A stretch of 64,000 nt of DNA from contig MU058153.1 of NCBI GenBank assembly GCA_013265495.1, positions 124,001 through 188,000 on the forward strand. Reading direction: 5' to 3'. The translations under genes and the position numbers were made by a program. Source of the stretch: Vicugna vicugna. Its lineage: Eukaryota. The notes under the pieces are model-generated. The model was given only the letters and a program-made list of their open reading frames with translations, was not told the DNA's origin and did not search any database. Shown here one piece after another: positions 63,690 to 64,000 of this stretch; the stretch's first letter is position 1, and every line of letters starts with the position of its first letter.

Positions 63690-63900
63690 TAGTAATAATC
63701 ATAAAATTACATTGTTGATCTCTTATAAATGCAGAACTGCCTCTGCACCCTGTATTAAGTACTCTAAGGGCATTCCTTCATTTAATTCCCACGAGTCTAT
63801 AGAATAGATGCTTTTATTAACCCTGTCTTGTGAAGGAGGAATCTAAGCCTTAATAACTTGCGTGAGGTTATACTGATGCTGCAAGCTTTAACGGTGACAT
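63690..63900 (-). mobile_element. MIR SINE
   Basis: 'cttcatttaattcccacgag...ttttattaaccctgtcttgtgaaggaggaatctaagc...taacttg'. Confidence 0.6.
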
Positions 63901-64000
63901 TTACCAATCGCCCTGGCCTAGTGATTTTCTTTCTTGGCTAAGTCCTTAAATACAGGACAGTAGCATCTTAACTATATCAGGTTTGTCCTGATTGTACCTG

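Noticed and set aside
1..64000. CRISPR arrays, operons or other prokaryotic-type systems
   Set aside because: No repeat-spacer arrays or dense coding structure; the sequence is mammalian repeat-rich non-coding DNA

Overview
Mammalian, AT-rich, gene-poor genomic DNA (intergenic or deep-intronic). The family of one tRNA-derived SINE and two short L1 3' tails suggests a camelid (inference from recalled consensus sequences). I recognise no protein-coding exon, RNA gene or processed pseudogene. The ORFs with real protein similarity are fossil L1 ORF2 pieces (about 44.9-47.8 kb) and an ERV-L dUTPase-like relic (about 40.6-40.8 kb); the other ORFs look like chance or simple-repeat frames. The window is a mosaic of MIR, L2, L1, MaLR/MLT1, ERV LTR and DNA-transposon fossils between unique stretches. 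The most notable non-routine items are: a 286-bp tandem duplication, an intact solo LTR with a 4-bp target-site duplication (TSD), a small orphan CpG-rich patch beside a 216-nt pure purine tract, a nested palindrome near 4.9-5.05 kb, a hairpin-forming forkhead-motif cluster, several motif-dense putative enhancers, and one well-bounded non-coding exon candidate. I found no convincing novel biological system. Repeat subfamily names come from memory and need RepeatMasker/Dfam confirmation.
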